DNA of 64,000 nucleotides from Trichosphaerium sp. ATCC 40318 (lineage: Eukaryota; Protista; Tubulinea): positions 101,530-165,529 of the forward strand of contig JALMLS010000288.1 of the NCBI GenBank assembly GCA_038496445.1. Direction: 5' to 3'. The number at the start of each line of letters is the position of its first letter. Position 1 is the first letter of the stretch. This document shows, piece after piece, positions 38,601 to 50,704 of this stretch. Under the pieces are notes generated by a model. The model searched no databases and was not told the DNA's origin. It worked only from the letters and a program-made list of their open reading frames with translations. Position numbers and translations under genes: made by a program.

Positions 38601-39719
38601 TAGTCTTTTAGCGCATGTTTAAAGTTCAAGCCATGTCCAAAAAAGTACAAGTCAACGCTATCAGTGTTCAAGCCTGAGTTTGTTGGTTAGCTGGAAAAGA
38701 CGACGAAAAAAAAACTCTTCACTTTTTATGTCCCAATTGTGCACTGATGCACTACAGGCTTACTTTGCCACCAAAAGTCTGAGTCTAAGCCCCAGTTATC
38801 TGCGTCATCAATAAGAGCCCATCCATCACGCGAAACAAGACCCCATTCACAATGAAAGAGTTCTTCATGTACCATTTTACCAGCGTTTTCAGTACAATTA
38901 AGCGTTTCAGCGCCTATCTCGTCCAAACTCTTGATAGTACCAAGCAAGTTTCTATTTAGCAAGTCAGCGTTTATTTTCACTTTCTCCATCTGTATCACGT
39001 GCCTCGAACCGCTATTGGTCATACCATACGCCCATTTTTTAAAGGCATCGTTTCCGCTTTTAACAGGCGAAATACTCAATGTGGAAGCAGAGAAAGCGCT
39101 TCCAACTTGATAAGACAATGTAAGAGAGTCTGTTTTAATCTCTAGAACATTATTCGTTCTAATACAATGCCATCAATCCAAGATAAGACCAAAAACGAGC
39201 GGGGTTTTTGTAAACCACCAAAAAACCAAAAAAAAACTTTTTGGTTCAAGGTGTTTTGTCAACGCACGTGGTTTGTGCAAAATGAGGTACAGCAAGGTTA
39301 CGATTTACAACCGCAAAAGTAGCTCTGTTTTCGAAACTAGCTTTGTCGTTGTATTCAATACGTATCTACGAGGAATATAATAAGTACACGCGACAAGAAG
39401 CTGGTGCCAGGAGAAAAAAAAGAAAACGTTTAAGAAAAGTACCAGTTGAGGTGTTAGTATAGTGAAACGTGCTTTACCAGACGTTACTACAGCCTATAAG
39501 AGTAATATTAGAACCATTTTGAATAACCGTAACAAACGAATAACGGTACAAATAGCACAGGCAGTAGACAAGTATAAAACAGGGTAGACTTTACATCAAA
39601 AAAGTTTTTTTTCTTTTTTTTTTTTTTCGTACAGAAGGATCCGCCACAGGATTGTATGGAAGCAGTTCCTTAGCTAGTACAAAAGTAAATACGATGGATA
39701 AAGCCCAGATCCAACGCAT
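35634..39719 (-). CDS. Secreted GH31 alpha-glycosidase, multi-exon
   Basis: Signal peptide, DLYFFGHG, LDMDWHSKQGWGGYSFD, FWWIDWQQG, RWGGMGNHRYQVGFSGD, RWIQWGAMSPVFRTH, LYEDDG. Confidence 0.93.
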
Positions 39720-39869
39720 TGTGGAGTATTTTTGTAAACTAACTTAAAGTGACCGTTTAAGTTATGTTTAGTGAATCACGTGTTTGTTAAATTCTATTTT
39801 GTAGGCCAGTTTACATTAGCGAGTTGCATACATTTGCTGGCGTTTGTGAATAGATCTTTATGCACGTAG

Positions 39870-39980
39870 ATGTATTGCAGACGAAGGGATAAGAGCACTT
39901 GCAGTCACAATTAATATCATCCATGCAATTGCTGATGAAGGGTTAAAAGCACTGTCTGGTGTTCATACGATTAATTACCC
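39870..39980 (+). pseudogene. Orphan LRR remnant (about 2 units)
   Basis: IADEGIRALA...IADEGLKALSGVHTIN. Confidence 0.7.
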
Positions 39981-40229
39981 TTAAGTTTTACAAATACAGT
40001 ACAAGTGAAGGTATTGCAACGCTTTCTAGTGCTTATTTTATTCAAACAGATATCTGTCGTGACAGTATCAAATTGTGTATGAAGTAATATTTGGAAGATA
40101 TTTTCGTGGCTATAGTACTTGGGTACATAAAACGTTGGGTTGCAAGTGACCCAGATTGATTGTATATATTACAAGAACATGCGAATAAAATATAATAAAA
40201 TAAGAACAGTACAAAGATAAATTGTAGCG

Positions 40230-40400
40230 CGGTGTCGCTAAACTCGGAAACATCATGTCAGTACGTTTTTGTTTACACAAAATTATCAAAAAATATCTTG
40301 AGATACAACGCTCCAAAAACCAAGTTGTAACGTGCGTCGAAACGGCGTCAATGTAGTTATAAAATACTTCTATTTTCCTTACGTGTACGTTCACTATAGA
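40230..40400 (-). pseudogene. Diverged paralogous fragment of the 56.7-57.4 kb gene
   Basis: catgtcagtacgtttttgttt...atacaacgctc...cgtg(c/t)gtcgaaa is shared with 56957-57040. Confidence 0.5.
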
Positions 40401-40637
40401 GAACGCTTTGGAAGTGCCAAATGGCGGCTTCTTTCGATACCAAATGCCGATACTTCCAAAATAATTGTGCGTTGTCAGCAATAGTGGGGAAATATTTTAT
40501 CCGCAAATCACCATAACACGCCACAAAAGTGCCATGGATAGGTAGACCAGTTAGTTTACTATCATCACCACGCGAAAAATGTCCTCCCGCGGGTGGACAA
40601 AGTGCACACGTAACTTAGTTCAGTACGCAAATTCAAA

Positions 40638-41551
40638 ATGAAGTTTACAACAGCTATTCTTCTCGTTGTTATCGCTACAGTCGCTCTCTGTGCTGATCCA
40701 CCAAAGCCTAAATGGCCTGAAGCCTTCTCAGCAACGTAAGTAACAACACGAAAATTCTACTAACTATTTCCTAAGCATTTTCATCCGCCACACTCAAGGC
40801 CATGGTCATGACCACAGACCAGAAGAATTTACAAGGTAACAATTTTACGACCGTTAAACTGGGCCTACCTAAAATAATTTAGAGTTATGTATGATCACGT
40901 GAAGAAGATGGGTCGTCGTGACGGTTTCTTGGAGTTTAAAGACGAAGTTTACTTCGGAAAGCGGTACGCTAAACCCTAACAAAAATAAGCACGTGTTTCA
41001 TAAAAACTAAAACTGTTAGTGTATGGAATCATGTTGAGAACAAAGAGTACCACATATTCCACCGTCAAGGTTTTGAGACTTGTTACGTAAGAGCTATCAA
41101 CTCAACAATGCCATTCCCTACTTTCGAGAACGTTAAATACATGGGCGAGGTACCTACGGCGGAAAAACTAAAATAATTATTCCGAAAAACTTGTTTGAGT
41201 TTATTTTCTAACTTCTACAAAGGCTGCCGTTGATGGTCACTTGTGCTACCACTGGATTGGTACGTCAACGCCTTAACCTTTTGTTTACTAGTAACTAAAC
41301 ATATCTAACAGAGGAGAACCACGAGGAACATAGAACACTTCAATACTATGATCGCCAAGACGATGGATCTCCAAAACGTATTGAGGTCGATTACGGACGT
41401 GGTGTAGCTGAAACATGGGACTTTCATGAGTTTGATGCTTGCCCTCAAGATCCAGAACTTTACGTACACGTGATTTATAAAACGGTTGTTATCTAACACT
41501 TTTTTTTCCTAGGAAATCGGTTGGATCAAGGATCACTGTAACCCTGCTTAA
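40638..41551 (+). CDS. Secreted ependymin-related (EPDR-like) protein, 7 exons
   Basis: MKFTTAILLVVIATVALCADPPKPKWPEAFSA...MYDHVKKMGRRD...C...YMGEAAVDGHLCYHW...WDFHEFDACPQDPELY...C fits the EPDR pattern. Confidence 0.7.
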
Positions 41552-41737
41552 GAGGAATATACCTTCATCGCTAATAAAGCAATCACCTTCAAAAAAACTG
41601 TGACAGTAGTTTTATTTTTTGTTACAACGATTTAGTATAGACAAAGGTTTTTCCCCCCCATTCCTTTTCAGCACATGTTCTTGCCTCCAATAAGCGTTAC
41701 TATTACTCAACATATGTTATAGCAACGCCTAGGGGCT

Positions 41738-42430
41738 CTAGCCCTTAATGTTGTTTACTAGCTCAGTTAAAATCTTGACAGATATTTCTTTCCCATTTTT
41801 GTAAACAGCCTTTTCAAGTAGTAGACCATCACGGTACCATGCTTTGAACAGTCCTTCTATTTTACCGTCTACACAATAGTACAATTCATTTAATTGACCA
41901 TTATCATACCACTCCTTGTGCTCTCCTTCAAGTGAATCATCAACGTAATAACACAATATGTGTAGTTCCCCATTAACATGCCACATCTTACACTCTCCTT
42001 CCCGTTTGCCATTGATGTAAGTCCACTGTGACCTCAACTGACCATTTGCGTACCAATCTTTGTAAACTCCTTCCTTTTGATTGTTAAGATAGTAGCAAAG
42101 GTGCTTCACTTGACCATTATCGTACCATCTCTTGTTCTCTCCTTCTTGGTTACCATGTACAAAAGTGCATAGTTCATCCAATTGCCCGTTTATGTATGTT
42201 TTGTGCTCTCCATGAAGTCTACCATGTTCCCATTGTGAGATATACACTCTGTTGTAAATTCTTGCCTTCCATTTACCACTTTTCTTTAACTCACTATCAA
42301 ATCTTGTTGTAAATGCTGAACGTTTGCATAATAGTGGCCACTTTATAAATAATTTAAAGTCCAGATCCATAATATCAAGTTGTATCTCCATAGGAAGGTG
42401 CAGAACGTTACAAAGACTAGTACCGTCCAT
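41738..42430 (-). CDS. F-box + MORN-variant repeat protein, paralog of 1455
   Basis: High identity to 1455-2147; intronless. Confidence 0.85.
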   Translation of the reverse strand: MDGTSLCNVLHLPMEIQLDIMDLDFKLFIKWPLLCKRSAFTTRFDSELKKSGKWKARIYNRVYISQWEHGRLHGEHKTYINGQLDELCTFVHGNQEGENKRWYDNGQVKHLCYYLNNQKEGVYKDWYANGQLRSQWTYINGKREGECKMWHVNGELHILCYYVDDSLEGEHKEWYDNGQLNELYYCVDGKIEGLFKAWYRDGLLLEKAVYKNGKEISVKILTELVNNIKG

Positions 42431-42912
42431 AATCTACGGTTTGACCCCTATGAAAAGAGTAGAATAGAAATTAGACTTTATGGCGTTGTTTTACGTCGCT
42501 TTGTTTGAAACTGATGGCCATCAAAAAGAGCAAGACGGTCAACAAAGTTCAACAGAAAGTACTTTGCGTACTTGTGTCCTATTAAATTCAATATCGCCTG
42601 TCGGAATGTCCTTATTATTAGTAAACATAAACTCTATGGTTGGCAAACATGTCACGAACATACTGTCATTCATTTCATAGAAAATAGCGTAAAAAAAGAA
42701 TGGGAACATAGTTTTTGAACGCCATCACAACATTTGATTTCAGTCCCATTCTTAGGCGACGGCTAAGCTGGAACCGATAAGATCTATACAAGCCGATGCA
42801 ATTAGTCTCAAGACAGTGGAAACAATGTCTAGAAACTCTACTACATCTATCATAGTCGAAAAGCATTGGATAGTTGAGTTTTATTGAGTTTGATTTTTTT
42901 TATGAAGTTGTT

Positions 42913-44590
42913 TTAAAAGCTTGTTCTGAAGGCATCTTCAATAAACATTTGGTTCGACATATTTGGATCACTGTTGTATCCACCAACAACGAAGAATCTG
43001 TTTCCTGCGTTCACAGCACAAGTACGTTTAAGAGGACCTGGTTTTGAACCAGATTGAGATACAAGTGTCCACGTTTTTGCATTAACATTCCATGAAAATA
43101 GCTTAAAAAAGAATTACTTAGATAGCTCACAATTTCTTATGTTCTTACCTCATCACGAACATCATTATTTCCAGTTACTTGTCCTTCACCTGCATAAACA
43201 AGAACCTTTGATCCTATTTTGTTTGGTGCTGTTCCAACGAAGTATCTAGGAGGTACTAGAGCATTTGGAGCAGAAGCGTCATACACTTGTGTCCATTGTT
43301 GTGAACTTAAATCAAACTCCCTTTGGACAAATGTTAATGTTGTTCTGTATACTAGACTTTGTTAGACTTACCAAACGTCTCCGATGACGTTAATAGAGAA
43401 AGAAGGAGTAAACATAGCTCCACTGTAAAGCCACAATTTACGGCCGTACTTGATGGATTCTAACGCGCTGAAAAATCTTGCTGGAGGAAAACTTGTTTGT
43501 TCCACACTTCGTTTTTCTTGAGTCTCAGCATTGGTTAATGGCGATACCACCCTACCGAGTAGAGCATTCGCAAAGGCTGCTTTACCGGCATTAAAAGGTA
43601 TGCTTAAAGTATTTCTCTTAGACGAAGGAGGCGCAGCAAGAAGTGACCATGCATTGTTGTTAGCGTTATAAACCCAAAGGTCATTGAAAGGCTGGAAAGT
43701 AGCACTTAAGCCTCCAAAGACATAGAACTTATTGCCGTAAGTTGTTGACGAACAACCTGTTCTAGCGCCTAGCCCAGATGGTAGAGAGTTTGTACGATCG
43801 GTCCATCGCCCTAAGCAAGCCAATCAGAAAAAAGAAAAACACAAAATAGAAAAAAAAAAAAGTTTGTTTTATTTGGATAAATAATCGTAGCACACCACGT
43901 GAGTTGGTTTTTTCTCATGACTTTTCGTATGAACGTACTTGTTCCCGTATTAAACGTATAAAAAATATCACTCGCTAGGAAGTTCATACCAGCATCATCA
44001 AACTGGCCACCACCAAAAACTAAAAGGACGTCCCTACGTCCTCTCTTTACTGCTCCGCTAGTAAAAAATAAATACTTAAAAAATCGCTTTAATAATAGCG
44101 TACGTAGCAGCGAAAGCACGTGCTGAAGGAACTGTTGAACCTACTGGCGTATACTACGAGGTCATTAACAAAAAGATTCACACATATTTCCACCAGGCCG
44201 TACCTTTCTCCAAAGGCACCTCAAAGGTCCTGAGATTATTCTGCATCTTCTAACATCGTTAAAGAATTGCCAGTTTGTAGAATCATCTTCAGGCATATCT
44301 TGAACGCCACCAAACACATAGAAGTAGTTCGGTGCGCCTAAGTGTTACACAAACATGAGTACAGATTTTCTTTAAAAATAAAGCGTACTTGGGTACAAGT
44401 TTGCCGCTAGTTCACCGCTTCCTCTATTAAAAAAAAATCACGTGTTAACATTATATGATAGTTTATTTTGGATAAAGTTGCAGAATTCTTACGTTGGGAA
44501 AGGATCGTTGCCTATCGAAGATGCTTTTGACCAAAACCCTGCAGCATGTGCACATACTATAAAAGCGAGAAAGATTACAAGCTTCCACAT
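42913..44590 (-). CDS. Secreted Kelch-repeat beta-propeller protein, multi-exon
   Basis: Signal peptide MWKLVIFLAFIVCAHAAG; repeated YVFGG...NDLW motifs and PSAR/PPAR motifs. Confidence 0.85.
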
Positions 44591-45089
44591 GGTTAGTTGT
44601 TTTTCGAAAAATACACGATGTTTTAAGTCAGCATCCAAAATAAAAAGTAAATTCTCCTTTTATACTCCGACGTACTTTCTATTCGGAATATATTATTTGG
44701 GCTGTCGCCCCAAAGGCGGGCAGTATTGATATCTGTAGTACATCATATTGTAATAATGAACCGTTTTACATGCTTGAGAGCGCTGCGGGTATTTTTTTAG
44801 CATCGATAGTCCGCGCTAGTTGAATGGCTTCTACCACGTGGTAAGTTCACAGTAGACATTTACCCGAAGTTTAGCCGAATATCCACAAACCAACATATTT
44901 CCTCCTACGCGAGTAGCACTGCAGTATCTACACCGAAAGTAGTTTTTTGGATTTTGGAGGAGCAAAGCACACAAACCTCGCTAGTACAAGGGTTTTACAT
45001 CTTCTTCCAAAGAGTAAATATACTTGGTTGAAATTGGATTGCTTTTTGGGTAAAACTGTAAAATGACAAAACACACTTCGCTAGAATTA

Positions 45090-45420
45090 TGTTTTTGTCT
45101 CTACAACTGAGTTTATTGTCGCGATAAATTGAATGGAGAGTACAAGCAATAGTACTCCAATGGCAACCAGAGCGAGCAAAGTAATTATGTAAATGGTAAC
45201 CTTGAAGGAGAGTACAAGGAGTGGAGCAGAGGTAATAGGCTTTTTTCGCATACATTTTATTCTTGATAAACGAGTTTAAGGAGGGTATGATTTTACAAGC
45301 AACCCTAAGTACACTGCTTTATAACAGTGGCGGTGAGCTAGGTGGGGAATATAAGGAGTGGTATATGTATGACAGGTCGCATAAACAATGCTTTTATGTC
45401 AATGGCAAGTTAAACAAAGA
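45090..45420 (+). pseudogene. MORN-variant repeat remnant
   Basis: LNGEYKQ*YSNG...NGNLEGEYKEW...GEYKEWY...CFYVNGKLN, with stops and frameshifts. Confidence 0.7.
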
Positions 45421-45577
45421 GCAAGGACTTTACTTTGTGATAAGTAGCTTAGCACTAAATCAAGGTAGCATTCAACAACTAGTTATGTACTATTACTATT
45501 TTGAATTGCAGAATCGAGGATTATAACAACAAAATGGTAGAGTGAATATCTTTATTGATATAGAGCTTTTTGTTTTC

Positions 45578-46301
45578 TTAAACGGCTTGACAAACGTTTG
45601 AGCAACATCCACGTGGGGTACAACCTTCTGTACAAGTATGTTGTGGGCATCTCACATAATCGCAGCATTGAGCAAACCCACAAGCAAAGCAATTGTCAGG
45701 AACAACTGCGCAGTTTCCGCATTCTTCATCACAGTTGTGAGCAATTTCAGGGCAAGCAAGGCATTTTTCTGGTAAAGGTGTAGGGTTCTTACAATCAATA
45801 TCTTTAGGATCTGGGACATTACAGAATCCAACCATGTCACAGCTTGTTACGTATACTTCAAAACTACTAACAAGAGCTCCAGGGATAAGGTACTCCTGGT
45901 AACAAGTAAGTTCAATTTATTAAGAGGTTTATCCGGGCACGTGCCTTTCCAACCTCAAAGTTAAAGCCACAACCAGCAGGATTAGATCTAAAGGCTGTCA
46001 GTTGATGAAAAAAATAAAGCGCGTGTCATCAGGCTGGTGGTGTGTAAGTATTTAACGGTGCGTACGCAGATGAAACAAGTATTCTTGTCCTAGCTATGCC
46101 ATGTTGGGGAAATTTAAAGGTATCTACTATTACAGCTCTCCACCTTCGAGTTGTTGTTTGTTCAGGTATTGCTGATTCAATTCTAACTCTCAGTACTGCT
46201 TCCGCACTGCAAAAGACTTCTTCTTCGCTCCTAGGAAAGCAAGAGCATCCGCATACGTATGAGATCGAGCAAATGGCAACTAGTGATAGCAAGAGGTGCA
46301 T
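45578..46301 (-). CDS. TIMP-like (NTR domain) secreted protein with Cys-rich C-terminus, 3 exons
   Basis: Signal peptide followed directly by C-S-C, then FC.AEAVLRVRI and AGCGFNFEVGKEYLI (across GC-AG intron 45896-45944). Confidence 0.75.
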
Positions 46302-46879
46302 TGTAGACTTGTTTTTACAATTTTATAAAGCAAGTTAAGAAAACCATGTGAATCGACACGTGGAACTTGATTTCTTACTATCCTTCTGCAGATTGTTTAT
46401 TGATAGGGGTTCGCTAGTGTACAGCTTCAATTTTTGTATTTGATCCAAAGGGAGATGGAAAAAATAATTCGCCGGTGTCACTTGAACTAGAATAATTTTA
46501 CCGTATTTGTCGTTAAAGTTATTTTCATGAACCACCCTTATTTAAAGCACGTGACAAATGCAAGTTGCATTTTTTATTAGTGAATCACCACTGTGCATCC
46601 ACAGTTGGTAAAATTAATATTAAATGAAAAAAAGCTGCTAGATAGTAATCGTAAACTTGAACTTTAAAAAAGTTCCTGTTCGAAATGATTAGGAGATATA
46701 CAATGATTAGGCAAATGGTTCAGTAAGCTTAAACCACACGCTTGCTGTACTCCGTTCAGGGCCGGTATTCTTGGTCCTCCTAGGACTTCTATTATGCCTT
46801 TTTTTTGGCTATAAACAATGATTTGAAATAGCGCTGGACTTGATCTGCAACGTTCAGTTTCCAACCTTGTTTAAATATC

Positions 46880-47390
46880 GCACTATGCGAAAAAGCGACA
46901 AACAAACTGTATGGTTCACATTGCAGAAAATTCATTGGAAGCATGGTGGTGAGTACAACAAATGGTTCGAAGATGGGAAATTGAGGAAACGGTGCTATTA
47001 TGAAAACAGTGCTTTGACATGGAAGTACGACGTATGGAGAAGTGACCGCCAAGGGCGTATAGAATGTACATACTCGAAAAATAACCGGATTGGTGTGTAC
47101 AAAAAGTGGCAATCACAAAACAAGTTGCTAGTACATTGCTTTTATGATGATAGAGGTAAAAAACATGGAGAGTACAAAATTTGAATAGAAAGTATCATAG
47201 AAATTTCAAACCACATAAGCACTGCTTCTATGTCAATGGCAAGTTAAACAAGGATTACTATGAGTGGTATAATAGTGGTGTATTACATAAACAGTGCTCT
47301 TATATAAACGGCAAAGTCAGTGGCGAGTACAAAGAATATAGTTGGTATCTTAAAGGTACACGTTTTAGTTTAATTAATTTACATAAATAA
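46880..47390 (+). pseudogene. MORN-variant repeat pseudogene
   Basis: HGGEYNKWFEDGKL...GVYKKW...HGEYKI then a frameshift or stop, then YEWYNSGVLHKQCSYINGK. Confidence 0.7.
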
Positions 47391-47811
47391 AAGTAGTGAG
47401 GTTTAGTTTGTCAAGTGTGTACATCTTTGAGTGCCATTAATGAGACATAATCACTATAGATCTGTTACATATGCGCTATCAAGTCAACATTTGTTTCAAG
47501 TATAGTGTGCAATCACGTGATTTTAATTTAATAATTACAGTGTAATACCCTTGATGTGCGATGAGTTGGCGTTTCGACATGGGTTCTGCTATATGGTAAG
47601 GTTTAGAGTACAGGAGGGGTTGTTAGTAATTGTTTGTAACAACCACATAGACTGGTCACTGATAGTAAAAACGCGTGTTTTTATTTACTAGCCAACGTGC
47701 TGCCATGTATCCAAAACGAACTCAGTCCGAGGTAGATGACAAAGGAGCTGAGATTAAACGCCAACTGAGGTAAGAGACTGGATAAAGTCACAAAACGCTG
47801 TTTTTTAATGC

Positions 47812-49760
47812 ATGTATTTTAGCCAAATGGATAAATACGACTCTCGTACAAAGGTTAACGCAAACCTCTTTACACTGCCTAATGAGATTTTGGGCGTCAT
47901 TCTCTGTTTTACTACCAAAGCACGTTATTCAGCCGCTCAGAGTTGTCACAGACTTGCCGCAATCGTTCATGATGTTATTGGGTACTACAGCGCGACGTTG
48001 AAGACGATAGATGATGCCAAGGCTTTCGCAAAGTACAAGGGCGCTCTACAACACACCAATGTAAAAGTACTCAAATCGGTGCCAAGCGAAGGCATCAAAC
48101 TGCTTAAAGGCGTTCGTAGTGTCAATCTCAAGTATACCAATGTAACAGACGAAGCATTATCGTTCTTATCAGGCGTACACACCATCAACCTAAAGAGAAC
48201 TCTGATAACAGACAAAGGTACTCATTCAAAACTTAAACACGTGGACTGTCCGGTCTGAAAACACTCATCAGTTTAATACAACCATCTCTAATCACGTTTT
48301 TCTAATTTTGATGTCACGTTTTTTGAAAAGCTTATCACGTGTTAGGTTTAAAAGCGCTTAAAGGTGCTCATACAATCAATCTTCAAGGAGTGGAAAGAAT
48401 TACAGATGAAGGTATAAAAGTGCTTAAAGGTGCTCATAGTATCAATCTAAGATATACCGAAGCCACAGATAGTTCTATAAAAGTATTCTCTGGGATTCAC
48501 ACTATTAATGTTGGTAGTACTGAAGTAACAGATGAAGGCATCAAAGCGCTTAAAGGTGTTCATACTATTGGCCTTAATGGAGCGAGGAAAGTTACAGCTG
48601 AAGGTCTGAAAGCGCTTGCTGGTGTTCACACAATGGATTTTGACGACTGCAGGTGTACTATTGATGGTATTAAAGCGCTTAAAGGAGTTCACAAGATTAA
48701 TTTGGATGGAGCGGTTACAGACGAGATGCTCATGGTTCTGGCAGGAGTTCATACGATTAATCTTAGGTCTTGTTATCAATTTACAGATGAAGGTGTAAAA
48801 GCTCTTGCAGGGGTTCACACAATTAATCTGGAAAGAACTACAGTTACAGATGAAGGTGTGATACCACTTGCAGGTGTTCATACAATTAACCTCAATGAAA
48901 CCAAGGTTACAGACAGAGGTGTCAAAGCACTTGCAGGGGTTCATACAATTAGTTTAAGGCGAATTTCAGTAACAGATGAAGGCTTGAAAGCGCTTGCGGG
49001 CGTTCATACAATCACACTTAGAATGAACAAGGAATTTACAATTGAAGGAATGAAAGCTTTGGCAGGTGTTCATACTATACACCTTCCAGCATGTGATATT
49101 CCAGAAGAGGGCGTTATATCACTGGCTGGCGTGCACGAAATCAACCTTTGGGGATCTAATATCACAGATAAAGGTCTCAAAGCTCTTTCTGGAGTTCACA
49201 CAATTTATCTCAATAGCACTAAGGTTACAGATGATGGTGTAAAAGCACTTGCTGGTGTTCACACAATATACCTTCGTTCTACAAGAGTGACTGATGAAGG
49301 TGTAAAACCACTTGCAGGAGTTCATTTCATTGATCTGGAGTACACTGAAGTTACAGATGAAACATTAAAAGCACTCGCAGGAGTTCATACCATTAAACTT
49401 GCCCATTCTTCCCTGATAACGGATGAAGGTATAAAAGTGTTGAGTGGTGTTCATACGATTGATCTTAAGGAAACTAAGGTTACAGATGAAGGTGTCAAAG
49501 CACTTTCAGGTGTTCACACTATAGATTTAGAGAGCACTAAGGTTACAGATGAAGGTGTAAAAGCACTTGGTGGCGTTCACAAAATTTCTCTGAGATTTAC
49601 AAGTGTTACAGATGAATGTGTTAATGCACTAGCAGGTGTTCACACTATTAAACTGGGAGGAACAAAAGTGAGTTACAAAGGTATAGAAGCACTTCGGCTA
49701 GCTGGCGCGTATTCTATATCACGTCAAGGCCGGCAAGAACGCCGACCTGATAGAAGGTAG
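47812..49760 (+). CDS. F-box-LRR protein, about 21 LRRs, one intron (48218-48346)
   Basis: LFTLPNEILGVIL...AQSC F-box. GACAAAG|gtactc...gtgttag|GTTTA restores ITDKGLKALKGAH in frame. Confidence 0.9.
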
Positions 49761-50704
49761 AGGGAATCACTTTAGTTATGTAAGATTAAAACAGTTTTTT
49801 CTTCCTTGGGTTTGGCCGCCTAGTAGGTAAAAATTTTAACAATGTTGCACAAATATAGAAAAAGAACAACAATACTTTCCAAAAAATCACATGCAAGAAC
49901 AACTTCTGAAATGTCACCTCCTGATAAAAGAGGTGCTTTCTTTGTTAAATTCAAACTAGTATATTTGATTTTCTATCCACTTATTTATTGTCTACTAATC
50001 GATAAAAATAATCAACGCTTTACCTGAATAGCGAGGATCACATGCAAGAGTAACTTCTGAAACATCACCAAGGTCACCTCGTGAAACAGTTACTATTGCA
50101 AGGCATATAGAAAATCATGAGACAGTGTTTATTCATGGTACGCACCAGTAAAGGTGAATGTCACCTGATCCCAAGTGCTCTGATATTTGAACAGAAGGCT
50201 CTGTGTATTTTACCCTCACAAACCACTGGATCATGCCAACGCCCTTCAAATGCTGAACAAACAACACAAGTGTATTGTAGACAGTAATAATTACTGGGCT
50301 TTCAGGATTTGACCTGAACTAGCGCTGTTGTATTTTACTTTTTAACAGGCCACTGCGATTTATAGTACACACGTGACTTTTTATTCTTATCCTCACTTTT
50401 AATAATGTTCATACGGATACACTGATAGTATAGATTGCAATAAAAGAAATCTTCAACTATTTCACTAGTACTGTTATTTTGCGTTTTGATGGAAACTGGG
50501 CAACAGTTGTCAAAAACTTGAGTACGTTATACACTCCATTGTAACTGTATGATGACCAATTGCATTGTACATGCAACACAAAACTTAACATCACAAAAGA
50601 TACTACATTCAAATAAACAACAATATAAGCTGTACTCTAATCTCCTTACAATGTATTGACATCATGTGCTGGCTTCTAAATAAACAATAAGAAATTGAAT
50701 ACCT

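Noticed and set aside
44115-44125. GCACGTG in the Kelch gene as another GC donor
   Set aside because: It encodes PSARAFAA, a Kelch motif, and a normal GTACGC donor follows.
48447-49325. Antisense and alternative-frame ORFs over LRR genes (also 12130, 20799, 29413, 31980)
   Set aside because: Shadow ORFs caused by repeat codon structure.
49887-50085. Short direct repeat tcacatgcaaga..aacttctgaaa
   Set aside because: Only two copies of about 30 bp with no TSD or terminal structure.
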